A DNA stretch of 64,000 nt from Octopus bimaculoides (Eukaryota). The stretch covers positions 60,795,878 through 60,859,877 of the forward strand of contig NC_068989.1 of assembly GCF_001194135.2 (NCBI RefSeq), in the 5' to 3' direction. Within the stretch, counting starts at the first letter, position 1. Every line of letters starts with the position of its first letter. The notes below the pieces were generated by a model, which saw nothing but the letters and a program-made list of their open reading frames with translations, was not told where the DNA came from and ran no database searches. Shown here piece by piece: positions 39,726-53,843 of this stretch. Made by a program: the position numbers and the translations under genes.

Positions 39726-39940
39726 GTGTGTGTGTATGTATGTCTATATACATATATGTGATTCCAGACACCTTCGAACTACGCACACAGAGGCGCCGTA
39801 CATATGTGTATGTACGTACATAATCTGCAATATTGGTAAATTATATTATTTTTCTCATGAAATATTTTCTGCTCTTGTAGTAAAATAGTCGTAGTCTTTC
39901 ATTCGTAGGCCATCCTCTTTAAATATCCTGAAGAGTATAA

Positions 39941-40210
39941 GTGCAGGCGTGGCTTTGATGTAAGAAGCTTGCTTCCGAACCACATGGTTCCGAATTCAGT
40001 CACATTGTATGGCACCTTGGGCAAGTGTCTTCTGCTAAAGCAGAACCAATATTGGTTTGTTTACGTGCCCGTAATCCAGCGGTTCGGCAAAAGACAACGA
40101 TAGAATAAGTACTACGCATACAAAGAATAAGTTATGGGGTCGATTTGTTGGACTAAAAGTGATGCTCCAACATGGCCACAGTCAAATGACTGAAAGAAGT
40201 AAAAGAAAAG
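39941..40210 (+). mobile_element. SINE family B copy with internal deletion
   Basis: Head and tail match 16835-17260 in reverse. Confidence 0.8.
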
Positions 40211-41382
40211 TATACAGACTTGTATTCAGCTCAAGGGTTACCGTTTTAACATCGTTTTCGAGATTGAGAGCGAATAGCAGAAAGTCCTCGACTCTCTTAC
40301 GGATTTCAAAAGTGGCATGGATGCTAAGACCGGTGTAGTTTTGCACAAGGTGACTATATCGAAAGAAATGATGTTAAAACTTAGGAAAATGAGTTATGTT
40401 TTATTAAAAATGACTAGTCCGGGAACATTTTGATATCATCTCCTATACACACTCACTCTCTCTCACACACACACAAACACACGGACACACACACATGCAC
40501 ACGCGACCAGACACACCCACACACAGACACGTATATATATCAATGAAACATATGAACATACACATACATGGAAAAATGCGAGCAAGAGAAATAATATTCT
40601 TAAGATTTTAAACCTGGAAAATTACAGGACAATTTATTACACTTGGAAAAGTTCAGGACAACGTATTATATGTGGTAAATGAGTGCTCAAAATAGTTTTA
40701 CTTGAAATATTGCTGCTAAGGATAAAATTTGAATATTAAATGTTATTTAATTTTAATTCACAAAGCAACATTATAATTAAAAACTATGCCCTCATTTTGT
40801 TAAAATATTGACACACTAGAATACTTGAAAAAATGAGTATCAGAAGTACCAATATAGCTAAAGTTTTATGGAAAGCAGAATAGTATATATGGTAGGCAAA
40901 TTCATTATGGACAAAATAAGAATTGGGTCAAGATTAAAAATGTGAAGACTTGGAAATAACACTAGCAAATTGTTACTATGAATTTGTTGTTTTAGCTAGA
41001 TTTTACTGTAATATATAACCGCCAGAACGTCTTGTTGACAAACCACAGCAGTAATTGTTTTCACCTCAATAGACATCATTGATTGTTTGAAATTACCGAA
41101 ATACGACAACTTTAGCACGAAATAACTTCGAAAATGAAGAATTTTCTTAAAAACGCCAAGAGTAAATGATGTTTTAAATTACACATTCTACCAGTATACG
41201 AAAGCTGAAAGTGTTTAGTTACAAAAAATTATTTTTTCTATGTGCCGGCCAAAAGGAAAAGATCCTATAACTAATTTTTGAATTAGTCTAATTATTGTAC
41301 TAACTAATTATGTACTACTATCATTGTTTATAACCTATTTTCAAATTTCTAATTATTAATTTAAAAACACACAAAAAACCGT

Positions 41383-41561
41383 TACATTCACTTCAACATT
41401 TAAATTGAATTTGTGTCAAAATATTTTCGTCGCTTTGAAACTGCGACCTCTTCACAGACAAAATTTCGTGCAGCACGAAGTTTTCTCAGTGAAGAGGTCG
41501 CGGTTTCAAAGCGACGAAAATATTTTGACACAAATTAAATTTAAATGTTGAAGTGAATCTA
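41383..41561. repeat. Near-perfect palindrome, ~85 bp arms, 1-nt centre (MITE-like)
   Basis: 41387-41471 versus 41473-41557, about 5 mismatches. Confidence 0.9.
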
Positions 41562-42495
41562 ATTATTAATTGATAATTAACAAAATAATTTTTTTTGAAG
41601 TGCAAAAAATATTTTTATTGAATTACTTTTTGCTTTTATTAGAAGTAACAAGTAATAACACACAGAAGTAATAACTTGTAATGTTTTAATAAAAGCTAAT
41701 ATTTTCTAAATCTAAACATTTTATTTGCAATGTTATCCTTAGCTGCAATATTTTAAATAAAGATTTTCTTCTGTACTTTACCAGATATAATAACCTGTCC
41801 CGAACATTTCCAAGTGTAATAACTTGTCCTGTAATTTTCCAGGTTTATAATTTAGGAATAATATTTCTCTTGCTCGCATTTTTCCATGTAATAAAAATAT
41901 GTGTGGCATGTTCTCCGTACAATAAATTATTAGTAGCACACAAAAACGTATTGTGTCTATTACATGATATTTCTCTCTCACCAGATGGATTATTTTTTGC
42001 TGATCTTGCGGTAACGGAACATTGCATTATATATATANNNNNNNNNNNNNNNNNNNNNNNNNNNNNNNNNNNNNNNNNNNNNNNNNNNNNNNNNNNNNNN
42101 NNNNNNNNNNNNNNNNNNNNNNNNNNNNNNNNNNNNNNNNNNNNNNNNNNNNNNNNNNNNNNNNNNNNNNNNNNNNNNNNNNNNNNNNNNNNNNNNNNNN
42201 NNNNNNNNNNNNNNNNNNNNNNNNNNNNNNNNNNNNNNNNNNNNNNNNNNNNNNNNNNNNNNNNNNNNNNNNNNNNNNNNNNNNNNNNNNNNNNNNNNNN
42301 NNNNNNNNNNNNNNNNNNNNNNNNNNNNNNNNNNNNNNNNNNNNNNNNNNNNNNNNNNNNNNNNNNNNNNNNNNNNNNNNNNNNNNNNNNNNNNNNNNNN
42401 NNNNNNNNNNNNNNNNNNNNNNNNNNNNNNNNNNNNNNNNNNNNNNNNNNNNNNNNNNNNNNNNNNNNNNNNNNNNNNNNNNNNNNNNNNNNNNN

Positions 42496-42539
<44 letters not shown>

Positions 42540-42543
<4 letters not shown>

Positions 42544-42875
42544 TTGGCACTCCGTCGCTTACGACGACGAGGATTCCAGCTGATCCGACTCCGACAGCGG
42601 AACATCCTGCTCGTGAAATTAAAGTGCATGTGGCTGAGCACTCCATAGGCACGTGTACCCTTAAGGTAGTTCTGAGGGAGATTCAGTGTGACAGAGAATA
42701 TGACAAGGCTGATCCCTTTGAAAGGCAGCTACTACTCATTTTCTGCCAGCTCAGTGGACTAGGGCAACGTGAAATAAAGTGTCTTGCTCAAGGCCACAAC
42801 GCGTCGTTGGGAATTGAGCTCAAACCTTATCATTATGAACCGAATACCGTAGCCATTAAACCACGTGCCTTGACA
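42540..42875 (-). mobile_element. SINE family A variant: tRNA-like head, ccttgagcaag domain, shared 3' half
   Basis: 3' ~180 bp matches the 21563 and 43877 copies. Confidence 0.85.
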
Positions 42876-43604
42876 CAAATACACACACCTACGTGCACGC
42901 ACATACCCACAGACAGACAGGCACACACATACGCACATATATACAAATTATGTTCATGTCAATATATATTAATATATGTATGAAATATATATGTGGTTTT
43001 TCAAAATTAATATTGAAGACGATATTTTTTCTAGCCAGCTTCAGGTCACTAATTTATTTTATGTATTCATGAAGTGATAATGATGGAGAGGCAAGGAGAA
43101 TATTTTGGTCTACATTGATAGGAACGTATTTGAATATTTGAAAGAAATAATTTTTAGGTTCTATTGATTTATAGTTGTGAAGCAATTTCTTTCGTGGTGC
43201 CTGTGTTTTCTTGCCTGTTGTTAAATGTACAATAACGGGAATACTCCTTTAACACTCATTACTAAATGTTTGTGTGAACATTCTAGGTCGACGAGCCTAC
43301 TTAGTGTAATGACAATTATTTCGATCACATTCAACACTTGTACCTGGCACGGATTCATTTGATAAGTTGTTCGTGTCTGTTATTGTTTATCAATAAAATA
43401 TGCACTATAACATCTTTTGAAGCCCGAACTGGATATATTCTTTAGTTTCAAACTGAAACCAAAAACAATTATGCATATCACACACATGGCGGCATATTTT
43501 ATATATTAGATGTACAGTTTATGCATATCTTCCCAGTTCTTGATTCATGTTAACCTTAAAAAGTGCCTCCAATATATTTTAGCTGTATTGCTAAGACATA
43601 ACAA

Positions 43605-43815
43605 ATATTGGTTCCAAATTTTGGTACAAGGCCAGCAATTTCGGGTAAATGGGAAGGATCGACGTAGTACTTAATTGATAATTACTTCATCAAACCTGAA
43701 AGAATAGAAGGCATAGTCGACCTCGGCGGAATATGAACTCAGTGTATAAGGACGGACGATATGCCGCTAAGCATCGTGCCCGACATTGTTACAAATCTGC
43801 CAGTTTGTCGCCTTA
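43605..43815 (-). mobile_element. SINE family C
   Basis: gtcgacctcggcggaatatgaactcag...atgccgctaagc. Confidence 0.8.
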
Positions 43816-43876
43816 GGCATAGCAAATATTAAATACTCGTAATTACTTACGTTTTAATCATAAATACATAAACTTC

Positions 43877-44220
43877 GGTGGAGGTGCAATGGCCCAGTGG
43901 TTAGGGCAGCGGACTCGCGGTCATAGGATGTTTATTGAGCGAAAACACCTCAAGCTCCACGAGGCTCCGGAAGGGAATGGTGGAGAACCCTGCTGTACTC
44001 TTTTACCACAACTTTCTCTGACTCTTACTTCCTGTTTCTGTTGTGCCTGTAACTCAAAGGGTCAGCCTTGTCACGCTGAATATCCCCGAGAACTACGTTA
44101 AGGGTACACGTGTCTGTGGAGTGCTCAGCCACTTGCACGTTAATTTCATGAGCAGGCTGTTCCGTCGATCGGATCAACTGGAACCCTCGACGTCGTAAGC
44201 GACGGAGTGCCAACAACAGT
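43877..44220 (+). mobile_element. SINE family A with tRNA-like head
   Basis: ggaggtgcaatggcccagtggttagggcagcggactcg (A-box) plus the family tail. Confidence 0.85.
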
Positions 44221-45663
44221 AACAACATAACCTTCACAGTATACGTTCTAATACTCAGCTTTCTAATAGACATTTTTCACTTCATTTAATTTCAATTCTT
44301 ATTAAATATATATTTCTGCTACTTAGATACTATTTTATTGTTCACTATCTCATAATAGTATCTAAAAAATGACACCTTTCGATGTCCTCCGTTTTTTTTC
44401 GTCCTCCTCCTCCGCCTCAGCCTCTTCGTCATTGTTATTGTCATGTCTTCACCGTCAAGTTTGTCACCATTGTTTCCATGCGGTCTAGTTTCAAATATTA
44501 GTCATCTAAAAGAAATTCTCATATGAAAGGAGATAATATTTGTTAGTTCTCACTCAGGAATTCCTACAATTGAAGCTGATGGCGTACGTTAACATAATCT
44601 ATCAGAACTAAATTGAATTTTATGAACTGATCAGTTTGTACGTTATTAAAAAAGACAGATATATTTATTCTACATCGGTCCAAGAAAGATTTCGATATGG
44701 ATTTATATTATAATTTGCAATTACTGAATCTGTGATAGTAAATCTCGACCATTTTAAACATCCACAAATTTATTAAGACAGCTGTCCCAGAAATTCCACT
44801 GTATCCATGTATCTTCCATGCAATATAATCATTTATTTATACAATATGATACTGAAGCAGCCTTCTGCAAGTTCAAATATTATATTAAAAAGAAAAATCA
44901 GAAAAAAGTCATTTACTTCCTTAAGTACAAATATAAAATATTTTATCGTAGAAAAGAATGGATTTGTCTTAGTTCTTCACTTTCTTGCAGACATTATTGG
45001 ATCATATAGAAATCGCATTGTGAATTTGCCGTGTGCCATTTGCCGGCTTTCGGGAAAAATATTGACTTGCTGCATCGAGTTGAAGAGGATTCCATTTTAT
45101 GATGTAGAGAAAAATAAGGCTAAGTTGCTCACAGATTTCCACCAAAGACTATTATTAGTGCCCATATTCAAATTGTGTTCCTGATGTACATTTAAATTTC
45201 AAATGTAAAATATTTCGTTCATACCGAAATGTTATGTTGATTGAGTAGATTTATGGTAAATGATATTCAATCTAAGAACACCTTTTCTTTTTAGAGTATA
45301 TGTGTACCGTAGTCTATATTGCTGAACGTATCCTTTCTTAAAACAATACTGTGTGAGTTGAAAGTGAGTTTAGCCTGCCTAGATGGTCTCCTATTGAATA
45401 GGTAGAATAGATTAAAATATACATCAACAAGGATGATTTTGCCAATGCAGAAAACAATAGTAATAATTCAGCTTGCTGAAATGAGACTAAATAAGAAGTC
45501 ATTGGAAAATATTTCTTTCGTCTCTTACTTTCCTGAGATTTGGAATATGCTTGAGAGAATAAACATAAATGCTTTCTTGGCGTTATTGCGTTCTTTTGAA
45601 TTCATACACTTGGTTTCGCTATTCTAAACTGAAACTGAGTATTTCCCTTGCTTAACAAATATG

Positions 45664-46157
45664 CTATTTACAAAAGAAAACTATACACACATTCATAGAA
45701 TGTAATATTTGAAAAGTATAAGGATTGGTTCTCATTATCATAACTCTCTATCCACAAAACCTGGGTCACTCGTGGCCTGTGACAAAAGCAACTACATTTA
45801 GCACAAAACGTCTTTCCCACAAATAGTAGCACAACCGATCACCGTGCAAGGGCAAATATGAAAAAAAAACTATGTAACTACCACTAAAATACAATATCAT
45901 CCATTTACTTGAATTAGTATAGACAAGGGATTTTGCTTTCCTCTTCGACTTGTAGGCATGTGTCATGCAAGTATTTGATCTAAGTAAGACATGCCATGTT
46001 TAAAAGATACACCATCTTTCTGAGTAGTTGAGGTCCGACTGTATTATACAACACTCCGACACAGTGTTATGAATCATTAAGAGAAATAGAAGGGTCTGAG
46101 AATTACACACTGTTCCGAGTAAATATTCTGTTTTTGGTACATAGGTATCTGTTGTAG
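45664..46157 (-). pseudogene. Nearly open frame (~164 codons, 3 internal stops), GPCR TM3-TM5-like
   Basis: LGTVCNSQTLLFLLM...YSERWCIF*...KRKAKSL...IVFFSYLPLHGDRLCYYLW..FVLNVVAFV. Confidence 0.3.
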
Positions 46158-46410
46158 TTTAATCATGGGGTTTTTCGTGTTTGGTCTGACGTACGATCAA
46201 AAGAGATCAAACTATGACCATCCCTTTAGTTGCATCATGATATTTAAATATATATATATATTATGCTTTGAGCGAGATTTGGTTGCAGTTTCTAGCTAGT
46301 CAAGTGATCGACCGTATACAGGCGCACTTGATTACGTGCAGAGTCAAACAGGATGGCTAAAATGAAGCCTAGAAAGGAGGTACATGTTGGTGCAATGATT
46401 CAATCAATAT

Positions 46411-46628
46411 AAGGCGGCGATCTGGCAGAAATGTTAGCAAGCTGGGCGAAATGCGTAGCGGTATTTCGTCTGTCTTTACGTTCTGAGTTCAAATTCCACA
46501 GAGATTGATTTTGCCTTTCATCCTTTTGGGGTCGATAAATTAAGTATCAGTTGCGTACTGGGGTCGATCTAATTGACTGGCCCCCTCCCCCAAAATTTCA
46601 GACCTTGTGCCTAGAGTAGAAAAGAATA
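46411..46628 (+). mobile_element. SINE family C, near full length
   Basis: ggcggcgatctggcagaaatgttagc...gagttcaaattcc...ggggtcgat...gtgcctagagtagaaaagaata. Confidence 0.9.
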
Positions 46629-47691
46629 TATATAGAAAAATACGCACAGATATACACACGCATACATACATGAATATATATATTGAAAGTTGTTATCTAT
46701 ATGTGCCAGCGTGTTTGTATGTTCTTGCGTGCATCTGTGAAACAGCTATTTATTTCTAACAGCCCCATTTACATAGATATGCTTTGTATAAATAATGCTC
46801 TGTTATTCACATTTATCGTACCTTAATGCTTTTCATTCTGGCATTAAGGATGTCTCTGAGGTAACTACTGCAACAAACTTCAATGTAGTATCACATTATA
46901 ACTGGTCATAATGGTACTATTCGTTAGTAAATAGTAATGATGAATGGATGTCAAAATTCTATCGAATAACACAGATGATAACATTTTAAACATTTTTGCT
47001 TCTGTCGCAATTTCATGGCGTTGTATTATTTGATTTTATAAGTTCGAATATAACCAAGAGCATGTAACTCGAGTATACTTTTCTTTTGAGAAATATATCT
47101 CACGTGTAAGGAAATATTACTGAAATTGCAGTGTTGTGGCTTGAATAGGTTGAGAAATGTAGAACTCAAAATCAATTACACAAATGACGATGGTATTGCA
47201 TTGAAATGTTATCGATTCTAACTGCCGATCTCTAAATCGTTGTGCACCCTGCAACCTACCGAAGAATACAGTATAATATACCCATTCATTCCATTATAAC
47301 CTGTATCTCTTATCATGAACTTATTATTTAAATGATGTGTTATTAACCACTGTAAGTAGTAAGCTCATGGTTTGTTGGTTCTCAATACTAAAAGATGAGT
47401 ATTTCAACTACAGATCACTTCAACAAACTTGGCTACCTGCCTGACTACATGCACGCACTCACACACACGCACGCGCACGCACACACACACACACACACAC
47501 ACATGCGTGAGTTTGTGTCTGTGTGTGTATGTGCGTGTGTGTGTGCGTGTGTGTACATGTGTGTGTGTGTGTATGTGTGTGTGTGTGTGTTTGTGTGTGG
47601 TTCCTCTTGTAAGTTCTAGCGAATCTCCACAAGAGGGAGAACAAACAGCTGGAAAATGTATCTCTATTACAATTCCATCGATTAAAAGCAG

Positions 47692-47799
<108 letters not shown>

Positions 47800-48064
47800 A
47801 GCAGTAATAGCCGTCATTGATCGGGTAATTACTTTTACTCATTCGCAGGATCAGCATTTAAAGTGTTATTATATATATGTATTATATATATACTCCTCCT
47901 GTATGCGTGTATTTTATAGAAGAAAAATAAAAAAGAACATGTAGTAGTTGAAGTCGAAAATAGATCGATTCCGGGCACAAACTATTGTTTGTTTATTATA
48001 TGAAAATAATAAGCAAGTTGTATGTGTTATTTTATATATGAATACAGTAATGGCAATTATATAA

Positions 48065-48186
48065 TACACAAGTTTTTGGTCGGCACGGAGCTGTAATGAA
48101 AGAGACTTACCCAACGTGCCGCACAGTGGGACTGGACCCAGGGAGACATGGTTGGAAAGCAAGCTTCTCAGCGACACAGCCACGCC
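48065..48186 (-). mobile_element. SINE family B head fragment
   Basis: Matches the head at 17090-17260. Confidence 0.75.
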
Positions 48187-48688
48187 TATAAAGGAGAGAT
48201 ACATTTAGGATAATATACTCCTTGATACAATATACTTAACAAAAAAGTGGGATGTCTCCGGCGAGAAGATTTTTATTATTATATTAACTCCAGCAATGCA
48301 ACAACTAACAACGCTACGCCATATAGTGTGTTCCAGAATTAACTATCTGTTTCAATGAAATTGAGCAAATTAAAGAAAAAAAAATTATGTTTCTTACCAA
48401 AACAAATAGATTTATAAATCTTACGTCAAATTTGTATTGTAAATTTTTAACATGTCTGTATCCCTGCATACTTCAAATCTCTTCTTAGCATTGTGAGGTC
48501 CCATGACAATGGTGATGGATAGATAGAATTATAGTTAGGTAGATAGGCTGATAGATAGATATATAGATAGATAGATAGTCAAATAGGTAGACAGATGGGT
48601 AGAGGGAAAGAAAGAGAGAAGGGGCATCCACCTTCCTATTCACCATTCATTCATTTATTTATTTACTTAGTCCTTTACTTAATCCTTT

Positions 48689-48731
<43 letters not shown>

Positions 48732-50599
48732 NNNNNNNNNNNNNNNNNNNNNNNNNNNNNNNNNNNNNNNNNNNNNNNNNNNNNNNNNNNNNNNNNNNNN
48801 NNNNNNNNNNNNNNNNNNNNNNNNNNNNNNNNNNNNNNNNNNNNNNNNNNNNNNNNNNNNNNNNNNNNNNNNNNNNNNNNNNNNNNNNNNTATATATATT
48901 CAAACAATAAGCAAGCGGCACCGTTTCAGGTGCTAGTATGACTGATATAAATGTATTTGTTTGATAATCAGTAATCTTTATTGAATATCTCTGGCACTTG
49001 TAGGTAACCCAAATTTAAAACGGTCGCAAAATTCCAGATTTGTGAATATTTCTGCATGTGTGTATGTGTGCGTATACTGTATGTATATTTATATGAATGT
49101 CCACATTAGTGTATGATTTAAACACGACCGAGGTACGTCATGTTAGAGACGCTATTTTTGGCTCGTCGCAAAAATATATATAACAACACACGCATACAAA
49201 CTCATTGTTGCACAAACAGTCATACGCACACACATACACACACATCACACAGACAAACGCACACACAAACACACACATACACACAGATCTATTTATATGA
49301 ACGTCTACTGCCATTAAATATCCACTCCTAAATCTATTCATTTTTATATGAAATGTATGTATGTTTGTATAAGTTTATACAAACTCATTCATACTCATAC
49401 ATACATAGGTGTGTATGTGTGTGTGTGAGAGTATAAATACATTATGAATATATATATTCATATTCAAATATATATGTATATATGTACATATGTATATATA
49501 TATATATATATNNNNNNNNNNNNNNNNNNNNNNNNNNNNNNNNNNNNNNNNNNNNNNNNNNNNNNNNNNNNNNNNNNNNNNNNNNNNNNNNNNNNNNNNN
49601 NNNNNNNNNNNNNNNNNNNNNNNNNNTATATACACATATGGTAACTGCATCTTCATTCAAAAAATGTTTTTTTTTTCTTCTTGGTTAGTCGCTATTAACA
49701 AAGACTGTTTGTTTTTGTTTAAAGAAGTATAACATGCACAGCCATAACTTAGAATATGTCTAGTCAAGCGATAATCTTAATATCTGATAACGAAACGAAG
49801 TAATATCTTGTAATTACACAACCTAGCAATAACTTCCGTTTTCTTTTTTTTTTTTACATCAGCATCATCACCATCATCACCACAACCAACAACAACAACA
49901 CGGCTTTCATTCGTAGACGAAGTTTCCAGTCGTGTCCACCTCTATTCAGGTTTACATTGTCATTGTCGGAATCAGTAAATGTAATGCATACTCTTTCAGC
50001 AGCTGGAGAGAAATTCTTCTTTGAGTTCAATATCATGTTATCTCAGCTCTTCAGCTATGGTCTCTTGCCGTGAAGACCAACCTTGCGTGTATTCACGAGG
50101 GAGGAGACTCTCAGATGAATACTTTCAGACCTACTATCAAATTTTAGTTTAGAAAACCGTTCATTATCAATTTGACAGACACTTTGGAATTATTTGAGAG
50201 AATTCATGTATGTTATCTTCGGTGTCCTTTTGTTACGCTGAACACTGGAGTATTCGTCATACAAACAAACGCGGGCAGGTAATAATTATGCATGTTGGAA
50301 ACTTGTCCTACCTTGATTTGCTTAGTTCTAATCACTATGAAGACGATGCACGTAAAGCACTCCTATTTTTAACTTCGTGCACGTTGAAAGTGGTGTCGAG
50401 ACAGATCTGGTGAAAGCGTTCAGGATTATAGTCAGTGGGAGCTTAAATGCTGTTACTTGTGGTTTTCCCGAGATGCTGCTTCTGATTATTTTCTTTTCTA
50501 CAGGCTTCTTCCTCGACATGAAATGGATACATACTACAACATAACGCCACAGAAACATTCAAATTATTACACTGACTGTCCGAACATGATTTCAAATTT

Positions 50600-50790
50600 T
50601 ATCACAACATCAGCATTTTCGGGGCGGGGGAGCAAGTCGATTACATCGACCCCAGTGCTCAACAAGTACTTATTTTATTGAACCCGAAAAAAGGAAAGGG
50701 AAAGTTGATCTTGGCGGAATTTGAACTCAGGACGTAAAGACGGATGAAATGCCGCTGAGTATCTTGCCCGGCGTTCTAACGAGTCTCTTT
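50600..50790 (-). mobile_element. SINE family C
   Basis: gtcgattacatcgaccccagt...cggaatttgaactcag. Confidence 0.8.
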
Positions 50791-51204
50791 CGCGCAGCCC
50801 TTAACTGCTCGTACATGATAAACCACCTCCAGACATATAGAGTTTTATAGAGTACCCTAGAGTACTACACTATCCTAAATAGATATTCTGTCCGAATGAG
50901 CCATGACAAATATAAGGAACACTACATACAGAAAAAAGCTGTAAATAAGTAGACTGCCGCGTCTAACACACTGAGCTAATAAGAACAGAAACAACAATAC
51001 TATTTGAGAATAAGAACTTGAACACATTGACTGAGATTATTTTGCACGCTTCCGCAACGCTGTTGCAATTATCATAGTATACGGATTACATAAGTAGATT
51101 AGAGATTATGTGAATGCAATGTATATAGAAATACACTGCTCTAAATACACTAGCCACTGCATTACTGAGTGTTATGTGTTTTTAAGTAAGAGGTGATGAA
51201 AGAA

Positions 51205-51417
51205 CGAGGGGGTTCTGATCATTTCCTGGCTTTTAGGGTGTCGCACAAATCTGGTTGGAGACACAACATTCTGAGTTCATTTACAGAGCATAGAAAAACT
51301 GAAAGACCGTTGCAATAAGCGTGTGTCTTAAACGGAAATATGTTGAATAAATCTTAATTAATTACTCCTCCTGTATTTTCTTTTACCCACAGTCAGGAAG
51401 TTTTCAGCCTCCACTTG
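51205..51417 (+). mobile_element. Mariner-derived MITE (~213 bp)
   Basis: Imperfect TIRs cgagggggttctgatcatttcctggc / gtcaggaagttttcagcctccacttg; retains a transposase 3' end ending ggaaatatgttgaataa. Confidence 0.7.
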
Positions 51418-52301
51418 TATGGGTGGCACCATATCGAACGATCCGTTACCTGTGGGTGACAAGACTGCTTGACTAGTTCTGACCTACGATCACACGACTA
51501 CAAAAAATAAAACCACGTAAGAATACATTGGTGTATTCCAGGCACTGATAGCATTCATAACTTAGTATGTCGCATGGTGAAGTAGAACCAGGAACGAGGT
51601 TATTTCAAAGTAAAGTCCTTATCAGATAACGATGCTTGCATACTTTAGTATTAATTATGTAAAGAAAAGCAAAACTAATGTATATTTTTTTCGAAGTGCA
51701 GCTCACGGAAATAGACATCATTAGATCGAAATATATAGTTAAAAATTTAAAACCAAATATGGCGGCGTATAAGTATTAGTTATCACACACACACAGATAC
51801 ATATACACTCACACGCAGACAAACACACATACGCATTATTATGTGGTTATATATTTCAACTGTAATACAAAATGTTCCTAAATCTATTATGATTTTTCAA
51901 TTATTGATTTCATAAAATAGGAAATAAAACAAAAAAGATTTATATAAAAGAAAAGCCATATAAATGGGTGAAGTTTCATTTACAGTGATGTTGGTGAACA
52001 TCATTGTTGAACCGAACATTTGTAGATTAAAAAGAAAAAAGCAACAGAAACGATCATTTGATATTTCTAGTAGACTGTCGAAATTATTTGATATTATCGC
52101 TGCTGTTACATTTTCAAAATGGAAATAAACGTACTATACCGTATTTTTTAAATATCAATTTAGAAAGGAAATGTCTAAATTTCAAATTATCCTGTAGGTT
52201 TTGCTCTTAAATGTCACTCCAAAAATTGCAAATCTCATTATATTATTCGAGCGAAAGTCTAGAAGTATATATGAGGAAATAGAGAAGCTGTGAGATTTTA
52301 A

Positions 52302-52360
<59 letters not shown>

Positions 52361-52499
52361 ATATACCTGTATATAAGGTGCTCGAGCTAAACTTGACGAT
52401 TCTCTGTCTCGTTTTTTCAGAAACAGCTTGATGTATTGGTGAACAATGAATGGCGTTGGAGAGTATAAAGATTAAAAATGTATTTGAGAAAAAGCTGGT

Positions 52500-52870
52500 C
52501 GAGGTGGACGACTTGAAGCTATCTCAATATTGGAAAAAATTACCTGTAACATGATGATTCACGTCGGATATTACAATGCCCGCATCATGACTGCTCATCA
52601 CTGCTCCTTGAAGAATGTAAAGGCTGTGAAACGTGACATAGATAGCTGGAATGGGGACTACAAAACTGTGGCACAGCAGGCGTTCTGACAGCGTTCGAGG
52701 GCCGGAATTCATCACATTTATGAATAGAGACTTAGGGTCTGTGAAGCTTCTGTTGACTGTGATCAACTTTTCACAGGAATTTTCAATGGCCGGATAACTG
52801 AAGAGATGTTGGCGTGGGTTCCCACCCCGGCATCCGAAACTCGGAGTTTTATCATGGCTACCGAATAAGT
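52500..52870 (-). mobile_element. LINE APE endonuclease fragment
   Basis: SERLL..AIYV..LQGAV..IVISDVNHHV resembles ERLM..SxYAP..IVxGDFNAHV. Confidence 0.5.
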
Positions 52871-52949
52871 GTCACATACTTTTACAGATAAATTCCTCTA
52901 TTTACATAATATCGAGGTCTCTTTCTTTCTTTTGTTGTGCTTTCTATCA

Positions 52950-53000
<51 letters not shown>

Positions 53001-53017
53001 ACTCTGTCTGCCTGTTG

Positions 53018-53050
<33 letters not shown>

Positions 53051-53843
53051 TGTATATCCATCTACCTATAATGTCGTCAGCGTGAGTGAGATACCTCAAA
53101 CAAGATAACATAAACAGACGTTATTATCAACCAATGCACATAAATAATATGTTAGGTGCAACTGAAGTTATCCACTTTCCCATAGGGAAGAAGAGATATT
53201 CATATTCATATTATTATCTGTAAAAATATCCGTATTCTGGTATCTAATGATATTTGTTTTATAGAATATTTCTAGAGGGTATTATAATTGCCTAAGTAGC
53301 ATTGCAAAATCGTAATTGCGTTCAGTAGAAAGGTTTTATTATATTTATGAAGATGTGGGATCCTTATTTTAGCAAATGTTACCATATGAAAATCTTTGGG
53401 ATCTGCCAAACTGACTTTCCGTAGAAAGCACTTCTTACAAAAGAACAATATTTAAGTGCCTTGGAATCAAACTATTCACATGTGTTTATTACCTAGTGGC
53501 ATTTTAATTATTACTCTTTCAAAATGAGACAAATTTATGGAAATATATTGACAAACGTTCCTGACCACAGAGCTGATAGGTCTTTTCAATCATTTGATAC
53601 ATTCCTTTGTCATTCACACTAAAGCTGAAATATTTTGGCAACGATGAGATATTTTGATTTATAAAAAGCGTGTAGAATAGATATTAGCAGTATACCCCCG
53701 TTACCTATACTTTTCAGTCGGTCGTTTGTCGTATTGTTCACTGAACAAAATTACGCAGCCTATAAACCGGAAAACTCAGCATTGATCTCTCCATTACAAA
53801 CCAAGCCTTCGAATTTTATTCCGTATAACATTGACATTATTAA

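Noticed and set aside
44807-45184. 125-aa + strand ORF
   Set aside because: No motif, no clear splice signals, AT-rich codon composition; unsupported without a search.
49854-50036. Cadherin-like VCITFTDSDNDN motif
   Set aside because: Wrong spacing, no following Pro, and the frame runs into a trinucleotide repeat.
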